64,000 bases of DNA from the human T2T-CHM13v2.0 reference genome, Homo sapiens, in NCBI RefSeq assembly GCF_009914755.1, contig NC_060932.1, one strand, 5' to 3'. The position numbers and the translations under genes were made by a program. The notes beneath the pieces are model-generated. The model did no database searches. It saw only the letters and a list, made by a program, of their open reading frames with translations, and was not told where the DNA came from. This document shows positions 14,050 through 25,615 of this stretch, one piece after another; within the stretch, counting starts at the first letter, position 1; each line of letters starts with the position of its first letter.

Positions 14050-15300
14050 ACAGGAACGGGGTCCCCAGCTCAGGCTCGAAGGCGGGCTCCGCTCGTTGAG
14101 CTGCAGGGCACCAACCCTTGCACCCAGCAAGTAGGCGCTGGGGCGCTCCCCGGGACGGCACTGACCTCCAGGCGCAGGCACCGGCTGCCCGGCCCAGAGC
14201 CCACCGACCTGGGGTCTGAACAGCGCGCGAGGACCCGCCGAGGGGCTCATGTGCCCGCGGGCCGGTCCCCGAAATGCGGCGCTCTCGCGGGGCTGCGGCT
14301 CAGGGTCCCTGGCGCCCCTGGGGTCCACCCCCGGCACGGTCCCGCCCCCTCCCCTCCCCACCGGCGCGGCCCCGCCCCCCGCCCGGCCTCCCGCAAGCCC
14401 CATACCACGCCACGCCGCGGCCCCCGCCGGGCTCCGGGCCCCGTGCTGGTCCCCGGCCGCCTCGCCCTCGCCGCCCCACGCCCGGCCCCGGCCAGGCCCC
14501 AGCCCCACCGCCGCCGCCTCACCTGGGCCTCGGTGGCTCGCGGACCGCTCCGGGCGCTCACGGCGGGCGAGGCGGGCGGGGCGGGCACCCAAACATCACG
14601 TGACGGCCCCTCCCGCCGCCGGCGTGCGCGCCCCCTCCCGCACCAGCCAATGGCCGCCGGTCCCGGACGCGCGCGGGGACTACCCGCCCCAGAGGCCCCG
14701 GCGCGGAGCCGGAAGCGGCGCGGACGGCGGTCGGCTGGGCCAAGAGGCCTCTGCGGGTGCGCGCGCGAGTCGGCTGTCCTCACCTGCCTGGTGGTGGGCC
14801 TCCGTTTCCCCGTTTCCCCGTTTTGCATATGGGGATGACGGCGAAGGTGGAGGTCACGTGGAGGGCGGCGGCCCGGCGCTGAGGCGCTTCGGGAGCGGGC
14901 TCCGCCCAGCCCAGGCCGAGCCCGGACCTCACACGGGCCAAAGCTGGAGCTTCTGCGGGGCTGCGCAGGCGGCGGGTCTCGGCCAGGGCAGGGCCGGGCA
15001 CCTGCGCGTCTCGCGCTGCGGGGACGGGCGTTGGGCCCCAAGTCAGGCTGCACGGGCTCCGCGTGGGGCCGTGCTCGGCCGGGGGCTGGCAGGCCCCGCG
15101 GGGACTCCGGACTCCCAGTGTCACCAACGAGGAAACTGAGTCTCAAGACATCTGAGGGACCTTTGCCCGAGGTCGCAGCCCCTCCCTGGAGGAGCTGAAG
15201 TGCAGAGTATGGAGCCCCTTGCGGAGACCCTCCTGGGACCTCCTTCCGCAGGGGCCTGGGGCGCCTCCCTTTCCCTGCTCTGCCTGCGGGCACTGAGCTC
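14050..15300. promoter_or_regulatory. TSNARE1: CpG island / TATA-less promoter of the minus-strand gene (probably TSNARE1)
   Basis: Very high GC and CpG density. Motifs: GC boxes, TCACGTGAC (14596-14604), AGCCAATGG (CCAAT at 14647-14651), GACTACCCGCCCCAGAGGC (ZNF143/ACTACA-like, 14678-14696), CCGGAAG ETS (14709-14715), GTCACGTGG (14853-14861). The gene name is inferred from locus architecture. Confidence 0.8.
14523..14590 (-). other. TSNARE1: Non-coding first exon, probably TSNARE1 exon 1; intron 1 extends past the left edge of the window
   Basis: The minus strand reads ...GCGAGCCACCGAGGCCCAG|GTGAGGCGG, a consensus donor (GT at 14522-14521), followed by G-rich intron start sequence. There is no ATG in the exon. 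The 5' end is approximate. Identity rests on the recalled divergent TSNARE1/ADGRB1 arrangement with ~46-47 kb spacing. Confidence 0.7.
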
Positions 15301-15669
15301 CCGAAAGACTCCAGCCCCTCGCTCTCCCGGTGACCTGCTGGAGAAGACACCTGGGAGGAACCTGCGGACAATGGGTGTGTGTCCTTGGGCCGCCAGGGTC
15401 ACCTTTCAGCCTGTTTCCCCAGAGGTGAACCAAGAGTCACACCCAAGGCAGGAGAGCAAGAGTGATGAGTCCGCTGCACCTTCTCCGGCAAGCGGAGGTT
15501 CTCCCGCCGCCCTCACTCTGTGATGCTTGCTGTGCTTGCGAGGCCTACGCCAAAGCCCTGCAGGCAGCCCTGGGCTCCCGCGGACAGCCTTGCTGAGCTC
15601 CTGGGAAGGAGGCGTGCCCTCCCCTTCCCCCACCGCCCCGCTGGCTGGGGTTCTCTGCAGCCCAGGACT

Positions 15670-15905
15670 GTGCACGTGTGCGCACACGGGTTCTGTGAAC
15701 ACGAACACAAAAGTGTGCTCGTGGACACTGCGTGGTACTGTGCACACAGCGCACGTCTGTGAGCTGAGGGAGTGTTCCTGGACACCAGGTGCAAGTGCAC
15801 AAGTGTGTGTATGCTGGCACAAGTGTGTGCCCAGGCGCGAACATGGGAACGGTAGCATATGGCACAAATGTGTGCACACATGGGTGGGAGGGAAGAGGGG
15901 CACAT
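15670..15905. repeat. TG/CA-rich low-complexity tract
   Basis: Dense GTGCAC/TGTGTG/CACAC motifs. Confidence 0.6.
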
Positions 15906-18769
15906 GCCCACCAGCATTCCTGGGCTGGTGCTCAGGCCGGCCTGTCCTGGGCCCACCCACGCTCCTTGCCTTGGTGTATTTCAGTCTCCCCTGGGCTCCC
16001 AGGAGGCAGTAGTGTGTGCCTGTCTTGCAGCCTCGCCATGATTTGGACAGGGCTTCACTCTTCGGCTAGGACAGCTAGAGTGCAGGGAAGCCGGCTCCTA
16101 ACCAGGGAGGATGCCCATGACTGCTGACCCCCCAGCTTCCACTTGAAGGGGAAGGTTCGCCAGGACCAATGCCTGTCTGACAGCTGTCAGTCTGGACTGA
16201 GGATGCCGGGTGCCTGGCACGGTGCCCACCTCCCCTTCCGTGGCTGGCGCTGTCTGTCTGGCCGCCACCTCACTCAGCCTCCTCTGACAGCTCCGTGTTC
16301 AGGTGTGCAAAGGAGGGGAAAGTGAAGCCCTTTCCTCCCAGGGCAGACCACCTCCAGGAGCCGCTTTCTTGACCATACAAGGCGTATATGGGGCTGTTTC
16401 TGTGCCTGGACACTGCAGGGGGAATGGTCTAGCGTGGGTAGGAACCACCAGAGGAGGGGCTCCGTACCTGTTGGCTCCTCCGAAATCTGGGATGAGCCCG
16501 CCTGAGTGCCCCACAGCAAGTCAGGGAAGGTAAACCTCTCCGTGGAAGAGCCAGGAGCCCACTCCCTCAGGCTGAGCCGATGGGGAGGGGGAGGAGGATG
16601 CTAAGGGGTCCTCAGGAAGGGATGAGGGAAATAGCCAATAGCTGCCTGGGCCTAGGGCCGGGGCTCCCCTCCCTTCCCTCATCTCTGCCCCTCCCTGGAA
16701 GAGGTCATCACATGACCTCGGGCAGCTCTGGGCTCCCTCCTTCCTCCAGAGAAACAGGACTCCCTGGGAAGAACTCTGGTCCCACCCCTTGGCCAACCAG
16801 CGAGACCAACAGGGTGAATAAGTGGGATTGGCCCCAGGACGCTGAGTTCTGTTACCTAAGGGGGTGGGGGTTGCCTGGTCCTCAGCTGGCACCCCCCAAA
16901 TTGGATCTACCATTCCAGGTCCCAGAGGGAATGTGGGCAACAAGGTTAGGGGGTGGTTCCAAGGCCTTCGGAAGGAACGTTGAGGCAGCACCCACTAAAG
17001 CCAACCTCAGAAATGCTCCCTCTCTGAATAGTAGCATGGACTTCTCAGGGTTTAAGCTGAATTTCCAGGTCAGTGTCAACCTATGGCTTTGTCGTGAGTT
17101 TCCCCACCCTCCCACCCTTCCTCTCTACCCTCTGCTGCCTGGCTTCAATGTCACCTGCTCAGGAGACCATCCCTTGCTCCCCTGCAGCCCCTGCCTGGAC
17201 AGGAGAAGGCCTGTGCACCTCCTGCTCTGCTCCCAGCACAGCTTCTGCTCCAGCAAAGCCCACGGGCACTCAGTCCTTGATTCCTGCACCCACCAACCCC
17301 GCCGAGCCGCCCTCACTATTACCCAGGCCTCCTTTGTCCCTTAGCAACAGAACCCCAGTTTTGTTCAAGGCATCAATGTAGCCAGCCTCACCAGCAGCTG
17401 GGCCAGCTGTGACACTGTTTGCCCAGGGGATGACTGCAGGAGGCACAATCGAGCCTCCTGGTCCTTTGGAAGGGGCAGCTGTGGCCACCCACCTCACTGA
17501 CAGTCTTCCTTTCTCCTGGCTCCAGCCTGAAGTGTGGGCACGGCATCCCGAGGACAGCAGCCATGTGGCCAGCAAGGGGCAGGGTCCCAAGCTGAGGATG
17601 TGAGCAGCTGCCTTGGTGCCCCAATGGCACCGTCAGACTCATCACCATGGGGAGAACAAGCCCCTGCTCCCTTTATGGGGCTGCCTCATTGGATTTCGTC
17701 AGGTTTTCTGTAACTCAAGCCAGTGCCACTTCCATTGTAGCTGATTTGGGCTCCTAAGCTCACGGGAGTGGGACATCGTTCTATTAGCTGCGTCCTGCCC
17801 CTCAACAACGATGGCTCCTTGCGGGCAGGCCCCAAGGGCGCGTCATGGCCCCACACACCTGGAACACACAGTGCCCCACACCTGGAACAGCCTGGAGGAG
17901 CTTGTGAGGCATGAGGGCGCGGGAGCCACACTCTCAGGTGCCTGTTTTCCACATGTCCCCATGCAGCCCGGGCTTCCAACCACATCTTAAAAAATAAAAA
18001 GACGAGGAGGAGAAGAAACTTTGGTCCTAACACCAGACTAAGCCCTGTCTTGCTGTGTGATGCTCAGCCTGAGGCACACCTTCTCTAGGCTTGTTCACCA
18101 AAGCCGCAATGCAGGGGCAGAGCAGTCATGAGGCCTGCCCAAGAGTGAGGTTGGTAAAGGGCTGGGCAGAACCAAGGGCATGGGGTGTGTGGGAGGGTGG
18201 CGGTCCATTCCCTTGTCACCCACGCAGAGGCAGTGTCATGAGGGGACACGTGGGAGTCTCTGGGAAGGGCCTGACACAGCCCCAGCACAGGACAGTGGTC
18301 TGACCATTCAAGACTCAGTCTGCGTCATCAGAGATCAGGCTCTTAGAAACCAACTCCATCCTGATGTGCATAACAGCCTCCCAAGGTGTTTAACACGGAG
18401 CAGGAGTGACAAAAAGAAAAATGAAGTAAAAGAATAGAAAATCCATCAACAAGCATGTGGAGTGCTGTTCTTGCTGATGCATCGTCCAGGAAAGGACACT
18501 TGCCACCCTTCCTGGGAATGCTTCCCACTCCCCGACCCCCTCCTGGCATCCCTGAGCCTCAGATCAGCAGGTGGGGACGTGGGGACAGGAGGAGTCTCCA
18601 CCCTGCAAGGGTGCAGTCCCCCCAGATTCCACAGCCACCGCTAGGCCTGCTGCTGGGCACAGCTGCCCTTTTCTTTCCTGCCACAGTTCATCTCATCGGC
18701 AAAGCCTGTCTCCTCTTTCACTCATTGAACAAGCTTTACTTCCACGCCGCGCAACATGCTAGGATCTGG

Positions 18770-19250
18770 GGATAGCGTCCAGTTTGATTTGGTTGCTGAT
18801 GACAGAACAACCCAAATAACAGTGGCTTGATTGACGGTTGCTTTTAATGTGATATTTTTATGTCCAGGTAGGCAGTAGGACTGGAAAGGTGGCCTCACAA
18901 TCATCAGGACCCCAGGCCCCCTTAGTCTGGTTGCCCCATCAATCCCCAAATAGGCCTTTTGCCTCACGGTACCAGACGGCTGTTGAAGCTCCAGCCATCA
19001 TGTCTGCTTTCAGCCAGCAGGGAGGAAACATTGGCATACTCTTCCCAACCTTGCAACCCGTGCTTTTACGGATGCTGCCTGGATTTTGCACACCCCACCT
19101 CTGCTTACAGCCCCCCTTGGCCACAGCTGGGTCTCGGGTATTTCGAGCTGCAGAGGAGGCTAGGACATGTCTCCACCCCAGGGGCTGTGTTCTCAGCTAA
19201 GAGCTGGACTCTTGCACTGAGTAAAAAGGGAAGGTTGGGGTTACCTGGCA
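18770..19250. mobile_element. Old MaLR LTR (MLT1K/L-like) fragment
   Basis: GGTTGCTGATGACAGAACAACCCAAATAACAGTGGCTT...GGACCCAGGC...GCTCCAGCCATCATGTCTGC..CAGCCAGCAG resembles old MLT1 LTRs; subfamily uncertain. Confidence 0.5.
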
Positions 19251-19815
19251 GTCTCTGCATCAGGACACAGCCCTGTGCACCACCTGGCAGGCAGGCCAAT
19301 GTCGACAACCTGCAAATCACACACGTGTGTGCTGGGAACCTGTGCTGAGGCCCTGCAGGAGCGATCGGGGCGTGGGGGCACCCGGGGGATGGGGATCAGG
19401 GAAAGCCCATCAATGAGGAGACCAAAATGGGCAAGTCTCGAGGGGTAGCGTTTCTGGGGGGTGAGCTGTGAGTACCATGGCGAGAGAGGAGCCAGCAACG
19501 TCCACGTCCCACTCTCCTCTGTGGACACATCCTGACCCCTCCAGCTGCTTGGGGTCGGGAGGGTTCAGACGGCCCATCTCCTGGCTCCTCCTCATTCCAC
19601 AGGTGAGAAACCTGGTAGGGGAGGGACACGTACAGGGTCTCAGACCAGCACCGGGCCACTCTGGGCCCAGCCCATGTCACCTCACCCCAGGCTTGGTCTC
19701 TGCCTCCTCATCATGGCACCTCCCCTCTCCACACATTCAGCCTGTAACAGCCACGAAGTCATAGCCCTGTGGAGTAACCAGTGAGCCGAGGGGACTTTAT
19801 TTTGTTCTGCTTCCA

Positions 19816-20121
<306 letters not shown>

Positions 20122-20245
20122 TGAAAATGCTATCATTCACCACTTCTTTTACAGTCAACAGCACACGTTTTGGTTCTGAATGTGTGGTTCTTGTGTGTCC
20201 GCTGTTTGGATTTAGACCTGGTACCCGAATGAGACCAGGACACTT

Positions 20246-20310
20246 CACGCTGGGCAGTGAGCATCCTAGACATGCACGCTGGGCAGTGAGCATCCTAGAC
20301 GTGCACGCTG
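20246..20310. repeat. 29-bp tandem duplication
   Basis: CACGCTGGGCAGTGAGCATCCTAGAC(A/G)TG x2. Confidence 0.9.
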
Positions 20311-22779
20311 GCACCTGGCTTCTTGGTGGACACCTTAGAAACCATCAGGAGCCACTGGTGAGTGGGGCTGAGGGCATGTACCCACGTGTGAGAGCCCGCG
20401 ATGAGAGGCATAAGCATGAACACGATGGTGACTGTGGCGGCAGCTGCTCCCTGAATGCTCCCCTATTCTCCCCCTGATGCAGCCACACTTCCGACCCCTC
20501 TTGTCGTCTAAGGCCCATGTGGCTGGCCCCGTGCGGGAGTGGGTGCAGCACGCCCTGCCATCCTTCCCTATACATCTGCCTGTGGCCAGGAGGCAGGGCC
20601 GCCCAGCAGCCTCGGAGCCACAAGAGGGAAGGAACAGGTCCAAAGGCTCTCGTTCTTGTCCTGGGGGTCACTGAGTTGAGTGGACAAGGGTTGAGTGAAA
20701 AGAGAAGGAGAGAGGCGAAGGGGCCGCCTGCTGCAGGCCCTCAGCCTCCCCTTCCTGCATTCTAGACGTCCACCTGGGGCGCTTGAGGAAGGGGCATCGT
20801 GTCCCAGGAGAGAGGCCTCATCCTATTGCGGAGAGGGGGATGAATGGGGAGCTTGTGCATGGATGAGGAAGAGGAGCAAATGACAGGGGGATCGTTTGAG
20901 TGTCAGGGAGGGAGAAGGCGGCCACCTCTGCTACCTCGAGTGGGCAGCCCTGGGCCTGTGGAGGAACAAGACATGCCCTCATTCCCAAGGCTGGGGGCAG
21001 AAAGAGCAGAAGACTGCGCCCTGACCTTTGGGTTCCCCTGGGGGAGACCTGGTGAGCGCTCAGGGCAGGGCCGAGGGCAAGCGCTCTCCCTCCTGGCCCT
21101 GCCTCTGCAGCTCTTCAAGGAGCTGAGCCAAGCCGTCCCTCGAGGGGCAGCGGCTGAAGAAGCCCCATGCTGGGACGCATTTCACTGACACAGCCCACCT
21201 GTTATCCTATGAGCTGCTCTGCAAAGGCACGTATTATTCTCTCGGTAATGAGGGTCGGTTTAGGGACAGACGCACTTCATCTCCCTCCTCCCTGCTCTGT
21301 GCTCCCTCCAGCTGAGCCACCAGAAGCTCCAGCCTCCCAGCCAACCCCTGGGGCCCTTTCAGCCTGGAGGCAGGGAGTGTGGTTTGACCCCTGGCTCCAC
21401 CGTGTGCCTGCTGGGTGGCCCAGCGCATCAGCCTCCTCATCGGTGCTATGCACACCAAAAAGTTCCCGGCTCCGTGGAGCCAACCTGAGGCTTGAGTGAG
21501 TCGATGCAAGAGAAACCTGGAACAGTGCTGAGCACAGGGCCTGGCCCTCTGGAAGCCCTGGAACATGCGAGCTCATGCGTTGTGTGTGGGTGAGCATTTG
21601 CCGTTGACATCTTGTGTGGATGCCCAAGCACCAAAGCCAGGCATGGGAGCTAAGGAACACAGAATGATGCCCTCAGGGTATCTCGGAAGTTGAAGAGGTG
21701 GCAGACCAGCCAAAGGGGTCACCGCTGGACCATGAGACTGTTGTTAGAAGGTGATATGAGGAAACACTACGTTCTGTCCAGGATGTTGGAGAGGTTTCCC
21801 AGAGAAGGAGCATTTGGGCTGGGTGTTGAAGGATGAGTAGGAGTTTGCCAGGCAGGAGCAATGTGGCTCTAACATGGCTGCTGGAGAAGGTTGCCACATC
21901 CACCTCCTGCATCACTTTCTGCCCCAACTCCTATTCCAGACATGGCATGTAGGGACTTGCCCACACCTCCTCCCTCCCTTGGCCCCCACCTCTCTTCACA
22001 TCTGCACACAAATGCACTCCCAGATACTCACATACAGTCACAAACATTCTTATACTCACAGAAGCTGGAGTTGACTCCGCTGTGCTGAAATCAGCCTCCA
22101 TGCCCACTCAGAAACCCAAAACACCCCGACTTCTGCACACAGGGAAACACGGTAATGAGATGCTAACGAGCTAAGGTAAAAATCAGGGAGAACAGCGTTT
22201 TGCAAAATCACAACAGTTTGTACTTCCAGGGGCTCCCTCCCCAGCAAGCGTGCTGCCAAAGCTCACGACAGTGCTGTGTGTGGGCTGAAAGCAACTGTGG
22301 GGGGTGGGGGGGCACCTCCTAGGTTGTTGATGGAAGCAGAAGGGGTCCTCGAGGTTGCCGGGGTGTGCCCGGCCCCAGGCCCTGCCCAGCAGTGCCCCTC
22401 TCTGCTTGGCTTACACACCTGGTCTCCCTGGGAAACTGCCTGCTTGAGGCCTTCTGGCGCCATGCGTCATGCCAGGCTTACATCCAAGCACCTGCCCAGT
22501 GTCCCAGGCCTCTGACTACAGCAGCCAGAGCTCCTGGTTCTCCACACGCCTGCGTCCAACTCCTGTGTTGGCACAGCCTGGGCCTCTGCCTGGAGGGTAA
22601 CCCGCTCATCCTTTAGGGTTGCACCTCTGCACACTCTCTACCACCTGCTCCAAGAAGCCTTCCTGACCCCTCGGCCCAGCTCTGGGGCCTCCTCTAAGCT
22701 CTGCAGGCCCAACCTTCCTGCCTGCTGGGTGCTGACTGTGTTGTCCCCCCACCCCCAAATGGAGGAACTCCTCCTTGCT

Positions 22780-22995
22780 GGCACCTGGCCGTTACTGCTC
22801 TTCATTGTGTGTTTGTTGGATGAATGAATTAGATAGAAGGTGAATTAATGAATGATAGACTTAGAGTGACTGACCTGGAAGGGGTCTTGAGGATCATCTG
22901 GAATATTCTGGAGGAAACTGAGGCCTGGAGCAGGGAAGTGGCCCCCAAAGCTACCCAGCAGTGGGGGCAGAACTGAGTTCCTGGCTCCCCAGCCA
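22780..22995. mobile_element. L2 3' tail plus adjacent MIR fragment
   Basis: TGTTTGTTGGATGAATGAAT (L2 end) and GAGGAAACTGAGGCC...GGGAAGTG..CCCAAAG (MIR core, antisense). Confidence 0.6.
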
Positions 22996-23869
22996 GTGCG
23001 TTTCCCTCTCCACTGGATTGCGGGAAAATCTCCAGGGGCCTGAGCCCTGCCCTCATCAGGATGGCCTCTCCCCTGCCTTTGGGGTCCCCACCGCTCTCTG
23101 CAGCGCCATCATCCCTTTCTGAACCAGACACCCCAGCTTCCCCGTGGCTGAGAAATGGGCTCTGAAGAGCAGACGAGGTGCTGAGGGGAGGGCCAGACAT
23201 TCTCCCCTGTGACCCGGGGCCTGTACCCCATCACTCTCCCCAGCTCCAAGGGGCCTGGGTGCAGTGCTGGGAGGGGCCCAGCACCAGGACAGACAAGTAC
23301 CTCTGGTTCCTGGGAGGTCGTGGAAGTCAAGAGAAAAGTCATCGTGGCTGGATCTCATCAGGGTGCTCCCTTGGGCTGCATGCCGAGAGCTCCCAGGGCC
23401 TCAGGGGCCATGGGATGGTGGCCTCCAGCCCACGGGGCAGCATTCCTGGGTGGAATCGTCCTGACCGCCCAGGCCTCTCTCTGTGTTTTCATCAAGGTTG
23501 CAGGGAGAGAACTCACCGGTATCATGAAGACAGATGAGCGGTGCGGATCCAACACAGCTCCCCTGTGCCACATGGGGAAGGGCCCAGGAAGGAGCTATCA
23601 CCACCCTGGACAAGCATCCAGCCCCTGGCAGGGTGGCCATGCCCAGGTGATGCTCAGTGGCGACAGCAGGAGGCCAAGGGAGAGGGAGCCCAGCTGGGTC
23701 CAGCCCAGCCCGGCAGGCGCGGCCCTGAGCAACATTGGTATTTTGCTGTTTCTCCCTTTTCCCATCTGGAAAATGAGTGCTGTGTCTTCAGTTCTGATTC
23801 TCAGTGTGGGGCACCATTCCCTGCGGGAGGACAGAACTGAGGCTTCTGGCAAGGGGGGCAAACCAGGTG

Positions 23870-23938
23870 GCCCCTCGCCCAGCCCACACTGCCCCTCGCC
23901 CAGCCCACACTGCCCCTCGCCCAGCCCACACTGCCCCT
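23870..23938. repeat. 21-bp tandem repeat, ~3 copies
   Basis: GCCCCTCGCCCAGCCCACACT x3. Confidence 0.9.
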
Positions 23939-24724
23939 CAGAGAAGCAATGCCGTGTCGGGAAGGCTTCATTGCCTGCCCACCCAGGAGTCCGGGGCCCT
24001 GCTGCTGTTCCCCACTGGGGCCTGGCTCCAGACCCGCAGACTGAACACACTGCACTGCCCCCACGAAGCCTGGGGCAGCCCTGGAGCATTACTGCCACCT
24101 CCCTGGACCTCACTTTCCCTGTAAGTGAAGCAGGGTAGCTGCGAGAGGCCCTTGAACCTGTCATGCATTCACCAGGCTCCCGTGCCGCCAGGTGCGGGGT
24201 GGGGGGCGCACCTGCTGCTTGGTGGGCCCTGGCCTGGAGCAGGGAGAAGCTCGGGGCCGAGCTCCCGGGAAAGGCAGCCAAGACAGTGCCAGGCATGACT
24301 CCAGTGCAGCAGGGGCTCCTGGCCTGGCCTGTGAGGGGTAGGGCGGGGAAAGGCAATTTAGATTCACCTTCTCTTTGATAACAAGTAGAAAAACATGGTC
24401 GGGAGGCGGGGGGCGTTAATCCATGAAGAAAGAATTCAGGTGCTAAGACCTTATAACATCGCGGGGGGTGCCTCAGGGGGAGGGCGGGGCTGGGGGGGAC
24501 CTGTGGCTTCCTCCCAGCCTCCATCTCTCCATTGAGGCATAGGACACCTCCCCTTCCCCACGGCCATCTCCTGCCTTTCCTCCTCCATCCTGCCCCTCCT
24601 ACCAAGCTGTCAGAGTATGCCCCCAAAACTCAAGGGTGTGATGGCCTTCTGGGGTGTTCACAAAGCTGTAGAGTGAGATTCCTACACTGCTAAGGTCCTC
24701 CCCTAAACACATCCACCCTGCCCC

Positions 24725-25615
24725 ACATGCACACACACCACACATTCACACACACTCCTGCAATGCACACACACAGACCCACACACACTCACACGCACAC
24801 ACACCACACATTCACACACACTCCTGCAATGCACACACACAGGCACACAATACCTCACACACAGACACGCACGTTCTCACACACATGCACACCCTCACAC
24901 ACACAGATACGCATGTTCTCACACACATGAAGACATTACCTCACATGCACAGGCACGCACATTATCACACATACACACACTCCCTCAAATACACAGACTC
25001 AAGTTCTGACACACACACACATGCACACACTCCCTCACACACACACATGTTCTCACACATATGCATACACCCCCTCACATCCACAGACATGTATATGTAC
25101 ACGTGCACACACTCCTTCACATGCACAGATACACATGTTCACACACGTGCGCACACCCCCTCACATGCAGAGCATGTTTACACATGCACACACACCCTCA
25201 CATGCACAGACATGCAAGTTTACACATCCACACACTCTCTCACACACAGACACTCATGTTCTCACACATGCACACCGTCACGTACACAGACATGCATGTT
25301 TACACATGCACACACAGACATGCACGTTCTCACACATGCACATGCTCCATCACGTACACAGACATGCATGTTTACACATGCACACACAGAGACACACATG
25401 TTCTCACACATGCACACACTGTCACATGTACATTCTCTCACACACACTCATGTTCTCACATGTGCACACACTCCATCACATGCACAGACACGCACATTCT
25501 CACACCCACGCATACACCCCCTCACATTGACAGACATGCATATTTACACATGCACACATTCCCTCACACACAGATGCTCATGTTCTCACACACATGCACA
25601 TACTTTCTCACATGG
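24725..25615. repeat. CA/CATG-rich low-complexity tract (~0.9 kb)
   Basis: Recurrent ACACATGCAC and ATGTTCTCACAC motifs. Confidence 0.93.

Noticed and set aside
13837-15371. Long Pro/Arg/Gly/Ala-rich ORFs of 250-374 aa on both strands
   Set aside because: Expected from stop-codon depletion in a CpG island; no recognisable domain.
23277-23295. REST/RE1-like CCAGCACCAGGACAG, plus half-sites near 15575 and 38500
   Set aside because: Wrong half-site spacing or only one half-site present; not a canonical RE1.
23209-24626. ORFs of 309 aa (+) and 342 aa (-)
   Set aside because: GC-rich non-coding composition, includes a tandem repeat and MIR-like sequence, no domain and no splice support.
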